DNA of 64,000 nucleotides from an uncultured Clostridia bacterium (GTDB lineage Bacteria > Bacillota > Clostridia > Christensenellales > CAG-917): the NCBI GenBank assembly GCA_947628855.1, contig CANRBM010000001.1, positions 575 to 64,574 on the forward strand. The letters run 5' to 3'. Positions within the stretch are counted from its first letter, which is position 1. Each line of letters opens with the position of its first letter. Positions 19,624 to 29,133 of this stretch are shown one piece after another. The notes under the pieces were generated by a model. It was not told where the DNA came from. It saw only the letters and a list, made by a program, of their open reading frames with translations, and made no database searches. The position numbers and the translations under genes were made by a program.

Positions 19624-20142
19624 ATGGCAGAGAATCGTGACAGAAGAAACGACAACAGAAGAGAGGAGAATGACGGCCTCGAAAAGAAACTCATCGCCGT
19701 AAACCGCGTCTCCAAGACGGTCAAGGGCGGCAGGAATATGCGTTTCTCGGCGCTTGTCGTAGTCGGCGACGGACAGGGTAAAGTCGGTCTCGGCATGGGC
19801 AAAGCGGCCGAAGTCTCAGAGGCTATCGAGAAGGCGTCCAAGCTTGCAAAGCGCAATATGGTCTCCATCTCTTTGAAAGAAAACACCATCCCCCATGCGA
19901 CGACGGGCAAGTACGGCAGAGGTCAAGTACTTCTGCTCCCCGCCGAACAAGGAACGGGCGTTATCGCGGGCGGCGCGGTGCGTATTGTGCTCGAGGTCGC
20001 GGGAGTCAAGGACATCAGGACGAAGTCCCTCGGCTCCAACAACCCCATCAACTCCGCAAAGGCGACTATGCAAGGGCTTATGAGCCTCAGAAACGCGGAC
20101 GAGATCGCGAGACTTCGCGGCGTGGATATCGCTACGGATTGA
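19624..20142 (+). CDS. rpsE: 30S ribosomal protein S5
   Basis: S5 sequence (VNRVSKTVKGGR..RF.ALVVVGD). Confidence 0.97.
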   Translation: MAENRDRRNDNRREENDGLEKKLIAVNRVSKTVKGGRNMRFSALVVVGDGQGKVGLGMGKAAEVSEAIEKASKLAKRNMVSISLKENTIPHATTGKYGRGQVLLLPAEQGTGVIAGGAVRIVLEVAGVKDIRTKSLGSNNPINSAKATMQGLMSLRNADEIARLRGVDIATD

Positions 20143-20152
20143 GGAGGAAACT

Positions 20153-20341
20153 ATGGCAAACGAAAACAAGATCAAGGTTACCCTCATTAAGAGCCCCAAC
20201 GGCGTGCTCAAGTGCCACAAGGTCAATCTTGAGGCTATGGGCTTGCACAAAATAGGCGACAGCAATATTTTTGTCAACGACGCCTGCGTACAGGGCAAGA
20301 TCAAAAAGGTCGTCCACCTTGTCAAGGTAGAGGAGATTTGA
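20153..20341 (+). CDS. rpmD: 50S ribosomal protein L30
   Basis: L30-like sequence (IKVTLIKS...), in operon order. Confidence 0.93.
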   Translation: MANENKIKVTLIKSPNGVLKCHKVNLEAMGLHKIGDSNIFVNDACVQGKIKKVVHLVKVEEI

Positions 20342-20355
20342 GGAGGAACTGCTTT

Positions 20356-20802
20356 ATGAAAATTCACGAACTCAGACCCGCTGAGGGCGCAAGGACATCT
20401 GAAAAGAGGATCGGTCGCGGCATCGGCTCAGGCATGGGCAAGACCTCCACGCGCGGACATAAGGGTCAATGGGCAAGAAGCGGCGGCGGCGTCCGTCCCA
20501 ACTTCGAAGGCGGACAAATGCCTATGACAAGGCGCTTGCCCAAAATAGGATTCAACAACAAGAGATTCGCCAAGGTCTACAACATCGTCAACGTCGAGGC
20601 GCTCAATGCCTTCGACAACGGCGCGACCGTCGGCATTGATGAGCTTGTCGCTTGCGGCATTATAAAGAAAGTCGAAAACTACGGGCTCAAGATCCTCGGC
20701 GACGGCGAACTCAAGGTCGCCCTTACCGTCAAGGCAAACAAATTCACCGAGTCTGCAAAACAAAAAATAGAGCAGGCAGGCGGAAAGGCTGAGGTGCTAT
20801 AA
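20356..20802 (+). CDS. rplO: 50S ribosomal protein L15
   Basis: [12 protein letters not shown] start after AGGAGG. Contains [12 protein letters not shown]. Confidence 0.95.
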   Translation: MKIHELRPAEGARTSEKRIGRGIGSGMGKTSTRGHKGQWARSGGGVRPNFEGGQMPMTRRLPKIGFNNKRFAKVYNIVNVEALNAFDNGATVGIDELVACGIIKKVENYGLKILGDGELKVALTVKANKFTESAKQKIEQAGGKAEVL

Positions 20803-22136
20803 TGTTTGAAACGCTGAAAAACGCATTCAAGACTAAGGACATAAGAAGGAAGATCTGGATGACCCTCCTTCTTGTGCTAGTCTACCGAATCGGTTGCTAC
20901 ATCCCTATCCCTTCGCTCAACATCACCGTTGTGCAGGGGGCTTTCAGCTCTACCGACTTCCTCGGAGTGCTGTCGTCTATTACGGGCGGATCAATGCAGA
21001 ATGCGACGTTATTTGCGCTTGGCATATTGCCATTCATCAATTCATTCATTATCATGCAACTGCTCACCCTCGTCATCCCGGCGCTCGAAAGAATGTCCAA
21101 AGAGGGCGAAGAGGGCAGAAACAAACTCACGCAGATAACGCGTATCGTCGCGATAGGACTTGCCGTGATACAGGCAATAGGCATTGTCATCATGTGGTAC
21201 AACTTTGGCGACAATCATGCGGGCATCATGCCTCTCTTCGAGTATGAGCTGGGGTCGGATACGGCGCCGATACTCACGATGGCGATCACCATAATAATCC
21301 TCGTCGCGGGCAGCACGATGGTCATGTGGCTGAGCGAGCGCATCACGGAGTTCGGCATCGGCAACGGCACGTCCATAATAATCTTCATCGGCATACTCGC
21401 CACCGCGGGAACTTCGATCGCGGGCTCCTTCAAGCAAGTCGCGGAGAATTGGCAATATATTTGGAACATCATCGGATATATCCTTGTGGTCGTGGCCATT
21501 CTTGCCTTCATCGTCTTTGTGGACGGAGCGGAGCGCAGGATCTCGGTGCAATACGCAAAGCAGGTCAAGGGCAACAAAATGTACGGCGGACAGACCACCT
21601 ACATCCCCATCCGCGTCAACGGCAGTGGCGTCATGCCCATCATCTTCGCCTCATCGCTTCTGATGTTCCCACAGATGATAATCCAGCTGTTCTTCTCGGA
21701 TACAGAGGCGGCGGTGTGGTATTCGCGCTATATGGGCACGGGCACTCCCGTCTACTATGTGCTGCTTGCATTGCTCATTCTCGGATTCTCCTACTTCTAT
21801 GCGCAGATACAGTTCAACCCCGACGACGTGTCAAAGAATTTGCAACAGTACGGAGGATTTATCCCCGGCATTAGGGCGGGCAAACCGACGAGCGACTTCC
21901 TCAAGAAGATAAACAACAGGATAACGCTGTTCGGAGCTATCTTCCTCATGTTGATATCGCTCATACCGACGTTCGTCTTCCTCGCGCTTTCGGGACAATA
22001 CTCCGGCTACGACCTCGGACTTGCGAACTCCTTCTCCGCAACGGGACTGCTCATCGTCGTCTCGGTCGCGCTTGAGATAAACAAGCAGCTCGAGTCGCAG
22101 ATCATGATGAAACACTATAAAGGTTTCCTCAAATAA
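20802..22136 (+). CDS. secY: preprotein translocase subunit SecY
   Basis: A 10-TM SecY-like sequence in the conserved position after rplO. Confidence 0.96.
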   Translation: MFETLKNAFKTKDIRRKIWMTLLLVLVYRIGCYIPIPSLNITVVQGAFSSTDFLGVLSSITGGSMQNATLFALGILPFINSFIIMQLLTLVIPALERMSKEGEEGRNKLTQITRIVAIGLAVIQAIGIVIMWYNFGDNHAGIMPLFEYELGSDTAPILTMAITIIILVAGSTMVMWLSERITEFGIGNGTSIIIFIGILATAGTSIAGSFKQVAENWQYIWNIIGYILVVVAILAFIVFVDGAERRISVQYAKQVKGNKMYGGQTTYIPIRVNGSGVMPIIFASSLLMFPQMIIQLFFSDTEAAVWYSRYMGTGTPVYYVLLALLILGFSYFYAQIQFNPDDVSKNLQQYGGFIPGIRAGKPTSDFLKKINNRITLFGAIFLMLISLIPTFVFLALSGQYSGYDLGLANSFSATGLLIVVSVALEINKQLESQIMMKHYKGFLK

Positions 22137-22178
22137 CAAAAATTCACACATTTCCCGCCGCGGACCCCTCAAACTCGG

Positions 22179-22207
22179 TTGCGCGGCGCGGAAAAAAGTG
22201 ATATAAT
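22179..22207 (+). promoter_or_regulatory. internal promoter candidate immediately upstream of adk
   Basis: TTGCGC (22179-22184), 17-nt spacer, extended -10 TGaTATAAT (22199-22207). The adk ATG lies at 22216. Confidence 0.35.
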
Positions 22208-22215
22208 AAACAATT

Positions 22216-22836
22216 ATGAAAAATATCGTACTCTTAGGCGCACCCGGCGCGGGAAAGGGCACTCAAGCGGCTCTCATACGTGAGGAATTTCACATTCCTC
22301 ATATTTCCACGGGCGACATCCTCCGCAGAAACATCAAGGAGGGCACTCCCCTCGGCGTGACGGCGAAGAAGTACATCGACGCGGGCGAGCTTGTCCCCGA
22401 CGACGTGGTCATAGGGCTGGTGGAGCTCCGCCTCAAAGAGGACGATTGCAAAGACGGTTACATTCTCGACGGATTTCCGCGCACCATACCGCAGGCCGAA
22501 AGCCTCGACAAAGTGGCAAGGATAGACGTCGCCCTCAACATAGACGTCCCGTTTGACGTCATAATGGAGCGGATGAGCGGAAGGCGCGTTTGCGCTTGCG
22601 GAGAGACGTATCACGTGTCTACTTTGGGCGACGCTACGACTTGCCAAAAGTGCGGAAAGGAGCTCTTTATACGCGATGACGACAGACCCGAGACCGTGGA
22701 AAACAGATTGAGAGTGTACGAAAAGCAGACCGCGCCCCTCATCGACTATTATCGCAAGCAGGGCAAGCTTAAAGACGTGAACGCGGTCGGCGAGATAGAC
22801 AAGATATTCGAGGACGTAAAGAAGGCGCTCATATGA
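22216..22836 (+). CDS. adk: adenylate kinase (zinc-lid type)
   Basis: P-loop GAPGAGKGT. Lid region CACGETYH...CQKCG. Confidence 0.96.
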   Translation: MKNIVLLGAPGAGKGTQAALIREEFHIPHISTGDILRRNIKEGTPLGVTAKKYIDAGELVPDDVVIGLVELRLKEDDCKDGYILDGFPRTIPQAESLDKVARIDVALNIDVPFDVIMERMSGRRVCACGETYHVSTLGDATTCQKCGKELFIRDDDRPETVENRLRVYEKQTAPLIDYYRKQGKLKDVNAVGEIDKIFEDVKKALI

Positions 22837-23570
22837 TACATATCAAGAGCCCATCGGAAATTGAATGTATGCGCAGGTCGGGCGCGATCTTGAGGGATTG
22901 CTTGCTCTTTCTCGAGGAGAGAGTGAAGCCCGGCGTGAGCACGAAGAGGCTGGACGAGTTTGCCTATGATTATATCGTAAGGCATGACTCAAAACCGTCC
23001 TTCCTTGGCTATGGCGGCTTTCCCGGCACGATATGCGCCTCTGTTGATGAAGTCGTCGTGCACGGATTTCCCTCCGATAAGAGGCTTAGCGAGGGCGAGA
23101 TACTCTCCATAGACTGCGGGCTCATCTTCAAGGGCTGGCAGGCGGACGCGGCAAGGACTGTCGCTGTGGGGCAGATATCCCCCGAAAAACAGGCGCTCAT
23201 CGACGTGACGAGAGAGAGTTTCTTCGAAGGCGTAAAGCATTTCAAGGACGGAGGGCATCTCGGCGACATATCAAATGCGGTGCAAGTGTATTGCGAATCG
23301 CGCGGCTACGGCGTCGTGCGCAGCATGGTCGGGCACGGCATAGGCAGAGAGATGCACGAGGACCCCGCGGTGCCCAACTACGGCGCGGCAGGGCACGGCA
23401 CGAGGCTGAAAGTAGGGCTTGTGCTGGCGATAGAGCCTATGATAACAATGGGTACGTGGGAGACGACGGGCACGGGCTGGACTTGCGTCACTAAGGACGG
23501 CAAACCCGCCGCGCACTATGAAAACACCGTCGCCCTTACGGAGAAAGGTGCGGAGATACTGACGCTGTAA
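22833..23570 (+). CDS. map: type I methionine aminopeptidase
   Basis: MAP1 sequence (metal ligands in DCG..., HGIG, EPM contexts), in operon position. Confidence 0.95.
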   Translation: MIHIKSPSEIECMRRSGAILRDCLLFLEERVKPGVSTKRLDEFAYDYIVRHDSKPSFLGYGGFPGTICASVDEVVVHGFPSDKRLSEGEILSIDCGLIFKGWQADAARTVAVGQISPEKQALIDVTRESFFEGVKHFKDGGHLGDISNAVQVYCESRGYGVVRSMVGHGIGREMHEDPAVPNYGAAGHGTRLKVGLVLAIEPMITMGTWETTGTGWTCVTKDGKPAAHYENTVALTEKGAEILTL

Positions 23571-23571
23571 T

Positions 23572-23832
23572 ATGGAACTGGGACAAGTGGTATATTCAAA
23601 AGCGGGACGCGACGCGGGCAGGTACTATGCCGTGGTCGAGCTTGTTGATGACACGCGCGTCAGGATTGCAGACGGAGATCTGCGCCGTATAAAGAGGGCA
23701 AAACTCAAAAATATCAAGCATTTGGGCACGGACGGAGAGGTCTTGGAAAAGATATCCGCAAAGCTCAAAGATGGAGCTCAGGTGTTTGACGCGGAGCTGT
23801 ACAGCGCGCTCAGGCTGTACGATAAAAAATAA
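23572..23832 (+). CDS. KOW domain-containing small RNA-binding protein
   Basis: [19 protein letters not shown] motif. The position between map and infA is typical of Clostridia. Confidence 0.7.
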   Translation: MELGQVVYSKAGRDAGRYYAVVELVDDTRVRIADGDLRRIKRAKLKNIKHLGTDGEVLEKISAKLKDGAQVFDAELYSALRLYDKK

Positions 23833-23846
23833 TAAGGAAGGGTGTA

Positions 23847-24065
23847 ATGTCAAAGGAAGACGTCATCGAAACCGAGGGCAAGGTCATCGAAGTCCTGCCC
23901 AAGACGCAATTCAGAGTGATGCTGTCAAACGGCCATGAGATACTCGCGTATCTCGGCGGGAAGCTGCGCATCAACAACATCAGAATTCTCGAGGGAGACA
24001 AAGTCAAGATCGAAATGTCGCCCTACGACCTTACGAAGGGCAGGATAATCTACCGCAATAAGTAA
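23847..24065 (+). CDS. infA: translation initiation factor IF-1
   Basis: IF-1 sequence (SKEDVIE.EG.V.E.LP...F.V.L.NGH). Confidence 0.97.
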   Translation: MSKEDVIETEGKVIEVLPKTQFRVMLSNGHEILAYLGGKLRINNIRILEGDKVKIEMSPYDLTKGRIIYRNK

Positions 24066-24099
24066 GTATAAAACGAAAACATTTTTTGGAGGATCAACT

Positions 24100-24216
24100 A
24101 TGAAGGTCAGACCGAGTGTAAAGCCGATGTGCGACAAGTGCAAGGTTATCAAAAGAAACGGCAGAGTAATGGTCATCTGCTCGAAGTATCCAAATCACAA
24201 GCAACGTCAGGGCTGA
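24100..24216 (+). CDS. rpmJ: 50S ribosomal protein L36 (38 aa; too short for the ORF track)
   Basis: Hand translation gives [43 protein letters not shown] lies 6 nt upstream. Confidence 0.93.
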   Translation: MKVRPSVKPMCDKCKVIKRNGRVMVICSKYPNHKQRQG

Positions 24217-24356
24217 GCCCGTCGCTTTCCCGCGCGTCTTGCGGGACTTATATAGGAAACAAGCATAGGGCGGCTGGTTGCTCCATTCCAATTCACGGGC
24301 AACTCCCTGTGCGGTCATATATAAATCAAACTGTACACAATTTTCGGAGGTAGAAA

Positions 24357-24725
24357 ATGGCAAGAATTGCTGGCGTGGATCTTCCGCGCGACAAGAGAGT
24401 CGAATATGGACTTACCTACATCTACGGTATCGGTTTGCCGACCTCTCAAGAGATACTCCGCGCAACGGGCATAAGCCCCGACGTGCGCGTCAAGGATCTC
24501 ACCGAGGAGCAAGTGAGTCTCATTCGTGATTACATCGAAAAGAATCTGCACGTAGAGGGCGATCTCAAGCGCGAAGTCCAGCTCAACATCAAGAGACTTG
24601 GCGAGATCGGCTGCTATCGCGGCGTCCGTCACAGAAAGGGTCTGCCCGTCAGAGGACAGAACACAAAGCAAAACGCCCGTACAAGAAAGGGGCCGAAGCG
24701 CGCTGTGGCTCGCAAGAAGAAATAA
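24357..24725 (+). CDS. rpsM: 30S ribosomal protein S13
   Basis: S13 sequence ([14 protein letters not shown]). Confidence 0.97.
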   Translation: MARIAGVDLPRDKRVEYGLTYIYGIGLPTSQEILRATGISPDVRVKDLTEEQVSLIRDYIEKNLHVEGDLKREVQLNIKRLGEIGCYRGVRHRKGLPVRGQNTKQNARTRKGPKRAVARKKK

Positions 24726-24735
24726 GGAGTGAACT

Positions 24736-25131
24736 ATGGCAGGTATCGCAAGAAAAGCAATCAAAAAGAGAAAAGATATCAAGCGCGTTGAGAAAGGGCA
24801 AGTGCACATCCACGCCTCTTTCAACAACACGATAGTCACCGTTACGGATATGAACGGCAATGCAGTCTCATGGTCCAGCGCGGGCAAACTGAAGTTGCGC
24901 GGCAGCCGTAAGGCTACTCCGTTCGCGGCTCAGATGGTCAGCGAGGACGCGGCGAAGGTCGCCTACGATCAAGGCATGAGGACCGTCGAGGTCTATGTCA
25001 AGGGCGCAGGTCAAGGCAGAGAGTCCGCTATCCGCGCACTCGGCAACGTCGGCTTGGAGGTCACGCTCATTCAAGACGTGTCTCCCATACCCCACAACGG
25101 TTGCCGTCCGCCCAAGGCGAGAAGGCTGTAA
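24736..25131 (+). CDS. rpsK: 30S ribosomal protein S11
   Basis: S11 sequence ([14 protein letters not shown]). Confidence 0.97.
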   Translation: MAGIARKAIKKRKDIKRVEKGQVHIHASFNNTIVTVTDMNGNAVSWSSAGKLKLRGSRKATPFAAQMVSEDAAKVAYDQGMRTVEVYVKGAGQGRESAIRALGNVGLEVTLIQDVSPIPHNGCRPPKARRL

Positions 25132-25146
25132 TAGGAGGTTGAACTT

Positions 25147-25776
25147 ATGGCAAAATATACAGGACCCGTGTGCCGTCTTTGCAGACGCGAGGGTTGCAAG
25201 CTCTATCTGAAGGGAGCAAGGTGCAACTCGGAGAAGTGCGCCTTCTATGACAGAAAGAATGTCCCCGGCTCCGATCCCAAGGCGAGGAGCAGGAAAAAGG
25301 CGAGCGGTTATTCCGTACAGCTGCGCGAGAAGCAAAAAACAAAGCGCTACTACGGCGTGACGGAAAAGCAGTTCAAGATGTACTATGACACCGCGTCCGA
25401 AATGCGCGGCATCACAGGCGAGAACATGCTCACCCTCATCGAGAGACGTCTTGACAACGTCGTTTACAGGCTCGGTCTCGGCGTTTCGAGAGCGCAAGCC
25501 CGTCAGATCGTCTGCCACGGACATATCACCGTCAACGGCAAGAGAGTGGACATCCCCTCCTACCTTGTCAAAGTCGGCGACGTCATCGCTGTCAAGGAGA
25601 ACAAGCAGGATTCCGTGATGTGGGAAGATGTCAAGCAGACGAAGAACCTCAGCGTCGTCAAGTGGCTCACATTTGACAATACTACGCTCACAGGTACGGT
25701 CGTCGCACTCCCCGAGAGAGAGGATATCGACCTCGACATCCAGGAGCACCTCATCGTCGAGTTGTATTCCAAATAA
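25147..25776 (+). CDS. rpsD: 30S ribosomal protein S4 (Cys-rich N-terminus)
   Basis: S4 sequence (MAKYTGPVCRLCRREG...). S4 RNA-binding domain. Confidence 0.96.
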   Translation: MAKYTGPVCRLCRREGCKLYLKGARCNSEKCAFYDRKNVPGSDPKARSRKKASGYSVQLREKQKTKRYYGVTEKQFKMYYDTASEMRGITGENMLTLIERRLDNVVYRLGLGVSRAQARQIVCHGHITVNGKRVDIPSYLVKVGDVIAVKENKQDSVMWEDVKQTKNLSVVKWLTFDNTTLTGTVVALPEREDIDLDIQEHLIVELYSK

Positions 25777-25793
25777 TGTAGGAGGATACCAAA

Positions 25794-26750
25794 ATGATGC
25801 AGATAAAGAGCCCACGCATTACTTTCGAAGAGAACGAGAGCAAAAATTATGCGAAATTTGTCGTCGAGCCGCTTGAGCGCGGTTTCGGAACAACGATCGG
25901 CAATTGCTTGCGTCGTATTCTCCTCTCCGCACTTCCGGGCGCTGCGGCGGTCGGTATCAAGATCGTCGGCGTGGAGCACGAATTCTCCACGATACCGGGC
26001 GTAAAGGAAGAGGTGACGGAGATCATCCTCAACTTGAAAAACGTTCGTTTCAAGGCGGCAGAATCTTTTGACGGAGCGGGCAAGCAGCAGTGCTACCTGC
26101 ACATGAACTCCATCGGCGTCGCAACTGCGGGCGACATCGAGTGCCCCTTGGGTATCGAAGTCATGAACCCCGAGCAGGTCATCTGCACCCTCGACGAGGG
26201 AGCGGAGATAGACATGACGATATATGTCGATCGCGGCAGAGGCTATGTGCCCGCGTCTCAAAACAAGGATATTTCCCAACCAATAGGGTATATCCCCATC
26301 GACTCCATATATACCCCCGTTACGAGGGCGAATTACGCAGTCGAGAGTACCCGCGTCGAGCAGAGCATCGACTTTGACAAGCTCACGCTCGAGGTGACGA
26401 CGGACGGGACGACTTCCGCAAAGGAGATCACATCCCTCGCCGCAAAGATAATGAACGACCATATGAAATTGTTTGTCGAACTCGTGGACAAGATGGACGA
26501 GACGCCCATACTCATCCAAAACGAGCCCGACAATAAGACTAAGGTGCTGGAAATGTCCGTTGAAGATCTCGACCTGTCGGTGCGCTCCTACAACTGCTTG
26601 AAGCGCGCAGGCATCCACACCGTCGAGGATCTCACCAAGCGTTCCGAAGAGGATATGCTCAAGGTGAGAAACCTCGGAAGAAAATCTCTCGAAGAGGTTG
26701 TAAAGAAGCTCGAGGAGCTCGGTCTCAGCCTCAAGACCCAGGAGGACTAA
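25794..26750 (+). CDS. rpoA: DNA-directed RNA polymerase subunit alpha
   Basis: RpoA sequence (FVVEPLERGFGTT.GN.LRR.LLS). C-terminal domain with LSVRSYNCLKRAGI. Confidence 0.97.
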   Translation: MMQIKSPRITFEENESKNYAKFVVEPLERGFGTTIGNCLRRILLSALPGAAAVGIKIVGVEHEFSTIPGVKEEVTEIILNLKNVRFKAAESFDGAGKQQCYLHMNSIGVATAGDIECPLGIEVMNPEQVICTLDEGAEIDMTIYVDRGRGYVPASQNKDISQPIGYIPIDSIYTPVTRANYAVESTRVEQSIDFDKLTLEVTTDGTTSAKEITSLAAKIMNDHMKLFVELVDKMDETPILIQNEPDNKTKVLEMSVEDLDLSVRSYNCLKRAGIHTVEDLTKRSEEDMLKVRNLGRKSLEEVVKKLEELGLSLKTQED

Positions 26751-26753
26751 GTT

Positions 26754-27272
26754 ATGCCAAAAAAATTAGGAAAACGCACAGACCAAAGAATGGCCTTGCT
26801 CAAGAATCAGGTTTCCGAGCTGTTGTGGTACGGTCAGATCGAGACGACCGTCGATCGCGCTAAGTCAGTGAGGAGCCTCGCCGAGAAATATATCACTCTC
26901 GCTATTAGAACATACAAGGACGATGTAAAAGTCGTCAAGACAGTCACCAACGTGAGCGCCAAGGGCGAAAAAACCCAATCCCAGGTGCAATTCACCAACG
27001 ACGGACCCAAAAAGCTCGCCGCGCGCCGCAGACTTATGGCGGAGCTCGTGGACCTTCAAGAGGTCAAGGGCGAGAAGGAGTCCAAGGCGGCTTTCCGCGC
27101 GCGTATCAAGGACACAAAGCATCCCCTCATCGAGAAGATATTCAAGGAGTATGCTCCCAAGTACGACAAGCGCAAGGACGAGCTCGGACAGGGCGGCGGC
27201 TACACCAAGATCCTCAAGACGGGAAACCGCAGAGGCGACGCTGCCGAGATGTGCATTTTGAAACTCATCTGA
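26754..27272 (+). CDS. rplQ: 50S ribosomal protein L17 (172 aa, with internal insertions)
   Basis: L17 ends match (LLKNQVSELLWYGQIETT... GGYTKILKTGNRRGDAAEM). Confidence 0.93.
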   Translation: MPKKLGKRTDQRMALLKNQVSELLWYGQIETTVDRAKSVRSLAEKYITLAIRTYKDDVKVVKTVTNVSAKGEKTQSQVQFTNDGPKKLAARRRLMAELVDLQEVKGEKESKAAFRARIKDTKHPLIEKIFKEYAPKYDKRKDELGQGGGYTKILKTGNRRGDAAEMCILKLI

Positions 27273-27296
27273 TACGTTTCATTTACTCCAATCAAG

Positions 27297-27326
27297 GCGC
27301 TCACCCAAGGTGGGCGCTTTGATTTT
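27297..27326 (+). terminator. intrinsic terminator ending the ribosomal cluster
   Basis: Stem gcgctcacc/ggtgggcgc followed by tttgatttt. Confidence 0.6.
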
Positions 27327-27351
27327 AACACCGCGTATTTTGGCGGCGCAC

Positions 27352-27380
27352 TTGACATAACCTAAGCATTTTTATATAAT
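27352..27380 (+). promoter_or_regulatory. consensus sigma-A promoter
   Basis: TTGACA, 17-nt spacer, TATAAT. Confidence 0.6.
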
Positions 27381-27410
27381 TCTGTATATAGAATTTATGG
27401 GAGGAGACAT

Positions 27411-28283
27411 ATGATCGCAACGGTCATCGAGTTTTTCAGAAAAATATTTGCGGGCAACGATTTTTTGACGCTGTATGTCATCTCCATTATCCCCATAATC
27501 GAGCTGCGCGGCGCTATCCTTTTCATGCCGGGCATGTTTTTGAAGGGCGCGGCGGACGCGTTTATCAACACGTACATCGGCATGTGGTGCTGCATTGCGG
27601 GCTCCACTACTGTCATTTTGCCACTCATACTCATTACCCGTCCGCTGCTCAAAAAGCTCAAAAATACAAAACTGTTTGCGAAATTCGCCAAAAATATGGA
27701 GTCCAACCTCTCCGACAGGGCAGAGTCCGCCTACAATGAGGAGGAGCAACGCCGTAAGGACGAGGAGCGCATCAAAAAAGGCAAAAAGCCAAAGCGCAAA
27801 TACAGCACGGATACCAAAAAGTTTTGGGGGCTATTCACCTTTGTTGCCATACCGCTCCCCATGACGGGCGCCTGGACGGGTTCCTGCATAGGCAGTTTCC
27901 TCGACTTCCCCGTGTGGAAGGCGTCGCTTGCGGTATTCCTCGGCAACATAGTCGCGGGACACATCCTCATGGCGATAGCCTGGTTCTTGCCAAACGAGTA
28001 TGCGGACATCTTCCTCGCGGGCTTTGCGGTGCTCGCCGTAGCGCTCGCCGTCATGCTCGCCTACTCCCGCGGCCGCAAAAACGAGAAGAAAAGACGCGAT
28101 GAACGCGCAAAATACGCCACTAAAAGCGAATATGAACTTGCGGTGCTCCAACGTGAAGCAGGCGAGGACGGCTCCGTCATCATCAAGAAGGAGTATATCG
28201 ACAAGCACGGTGACCGCCATATAATCATCGGCCACGACGAGTCAAAAAACGAGAATATCGCAGGCAAGGACGACGTGATTTGA
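27411..28283 (+). CDS. membrane protein, small multidrug-export-like (COG2426/PF06695-like) with Lys/Glu-rich loop and tail
   Basis: IIELRGAI motif near the N-terminus and multiple TM segments. GGAGGAG RBS. Confidence 0.6.
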   Translation: MIATVIEFFRKIFAGNDFLTLYVISIIPIIELRGAILFMPGMFLKGAADAFINTYIGMWCCIAGSTTVILPLILITRPLLKKLKNTKLFAKFAKNMESNLSDRAESAYNEEEQRRKDEERIKKGKKPKRKYSTDTKKFWGLFTFVAIPLPMTGAWTGSCIGSFLDFPVWKASLAVFLGNIVAGHILMAIAWFLPNEYADIFLAGFAVLAVALAVMLAYSRGRKNEKKRRDERAKYATKSEYELAVLQREAGEDGSVIIKKEYIDKHGDRHIIIGHDESKNENIAGKDDVI

Positions 28284-28293
28284 TCGAGAACAT

Positions 28294-29036
28294 GTGGGCT
28301 ACGCGCCCACACCCCGGCAAGGGACTTCGTCGCCCCACGCAGGGCTGCGCGCCCTGCACCTCGGCAAGGGACTTCGTCGCCCCACGCAGGGCTGCGAGCC
28401 CTGCACCTCGGCAAGGGACTTCGTCCCCTGCACCCCAAGCTAAAAAGCGCGAATGTGGCTCTTTCATCGCCGACATTCGCGCTTTTTGGATTGTGTGTAT
28501 GGTACTAACCCCTGCGTGAGAGTTTGATATTGACGAAAATATGGTCTGAGTTCTTTACTAAAAACGGGGGATTTCTCCCTATACCCCGCAAAAATATGAA
28601 ATGTTTTTGTGGGGTGCAGACACGCCCTCATTGCGTACTTAGCGTGAAACCGCTCGCTCCGCGAAGTCACTCGGACAATACGTCTGTCCGTGTACAGGCA
28701 CACTCGGACAGAGGTTGCGTTTATTCGCTCGGGCAGGGGGATTCCTCGACTGCACTACGCTCCGCTCGGAATGACACGTTATATAATCTGTCATGTTGAG
28801 CTTGTCGAAACATACCCCGGTTTTATAGTAAAAGCCTCGGACGATACTAACGTAAATATCAAGCTCGCACGCAGGAGTTTAGCACTTGCATACAATCAAA
28901 AACGCGAGCGACGGCAAGTATTTGCCTAGCTCGCGTTTTTAGCTTGGGGTGCAGGGGGTGAAACCCTTTGCCGAGGTGTGGGCGAGTAGCCCACATAGGG
29001 GAGTGCGGGGCAGCGCTCCGCTTATGAGCCCCATAC
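28294..29036. repeat. intergenic modular hairpin repeat cluster (copy 3): element A(+), module block B(-), element A-variant(-)
   Basis: gtgggctacgcgcccac start. The cggcaagggacttcgtc...gcagggctgcg.gccctgc units and the aaaaagcgcgaatgtgg...cattcgcgcttttt hairpin are shared with 30071-30265, 54095-54228 and 55586-55790. Confidence 0.85.
28315..28436 (+). repeat. 47-bp tandem repeat (about 2.6 units) inside element A
   Basis: The cggcaaggg unit starts at 28315, 28362 and 28409. Confidence 0.85.
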
Positions 29037-29133
29037 AGGAAACGAATTAAATTGTTGAGACAAATACTTGTTTTTTTTTGGGCAAGGTTATATAATATAT
29101 AGCGATAGAAATTTTATTTTATGGAGGCTTATT

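Noticed and set aside
28061-28476. ORFs inside repeat clusters (28061-28438, 28225-28476, 28464-28703, 28524-28929, 30310-30963, 54103-54378, 55698-56084, 10980-11518)
   Set aside because: These are made of repeat modules and show no RBS. They have repeated, low-complexity or Cys/Arg/Pro-rich translations and overlap each other on both strands.
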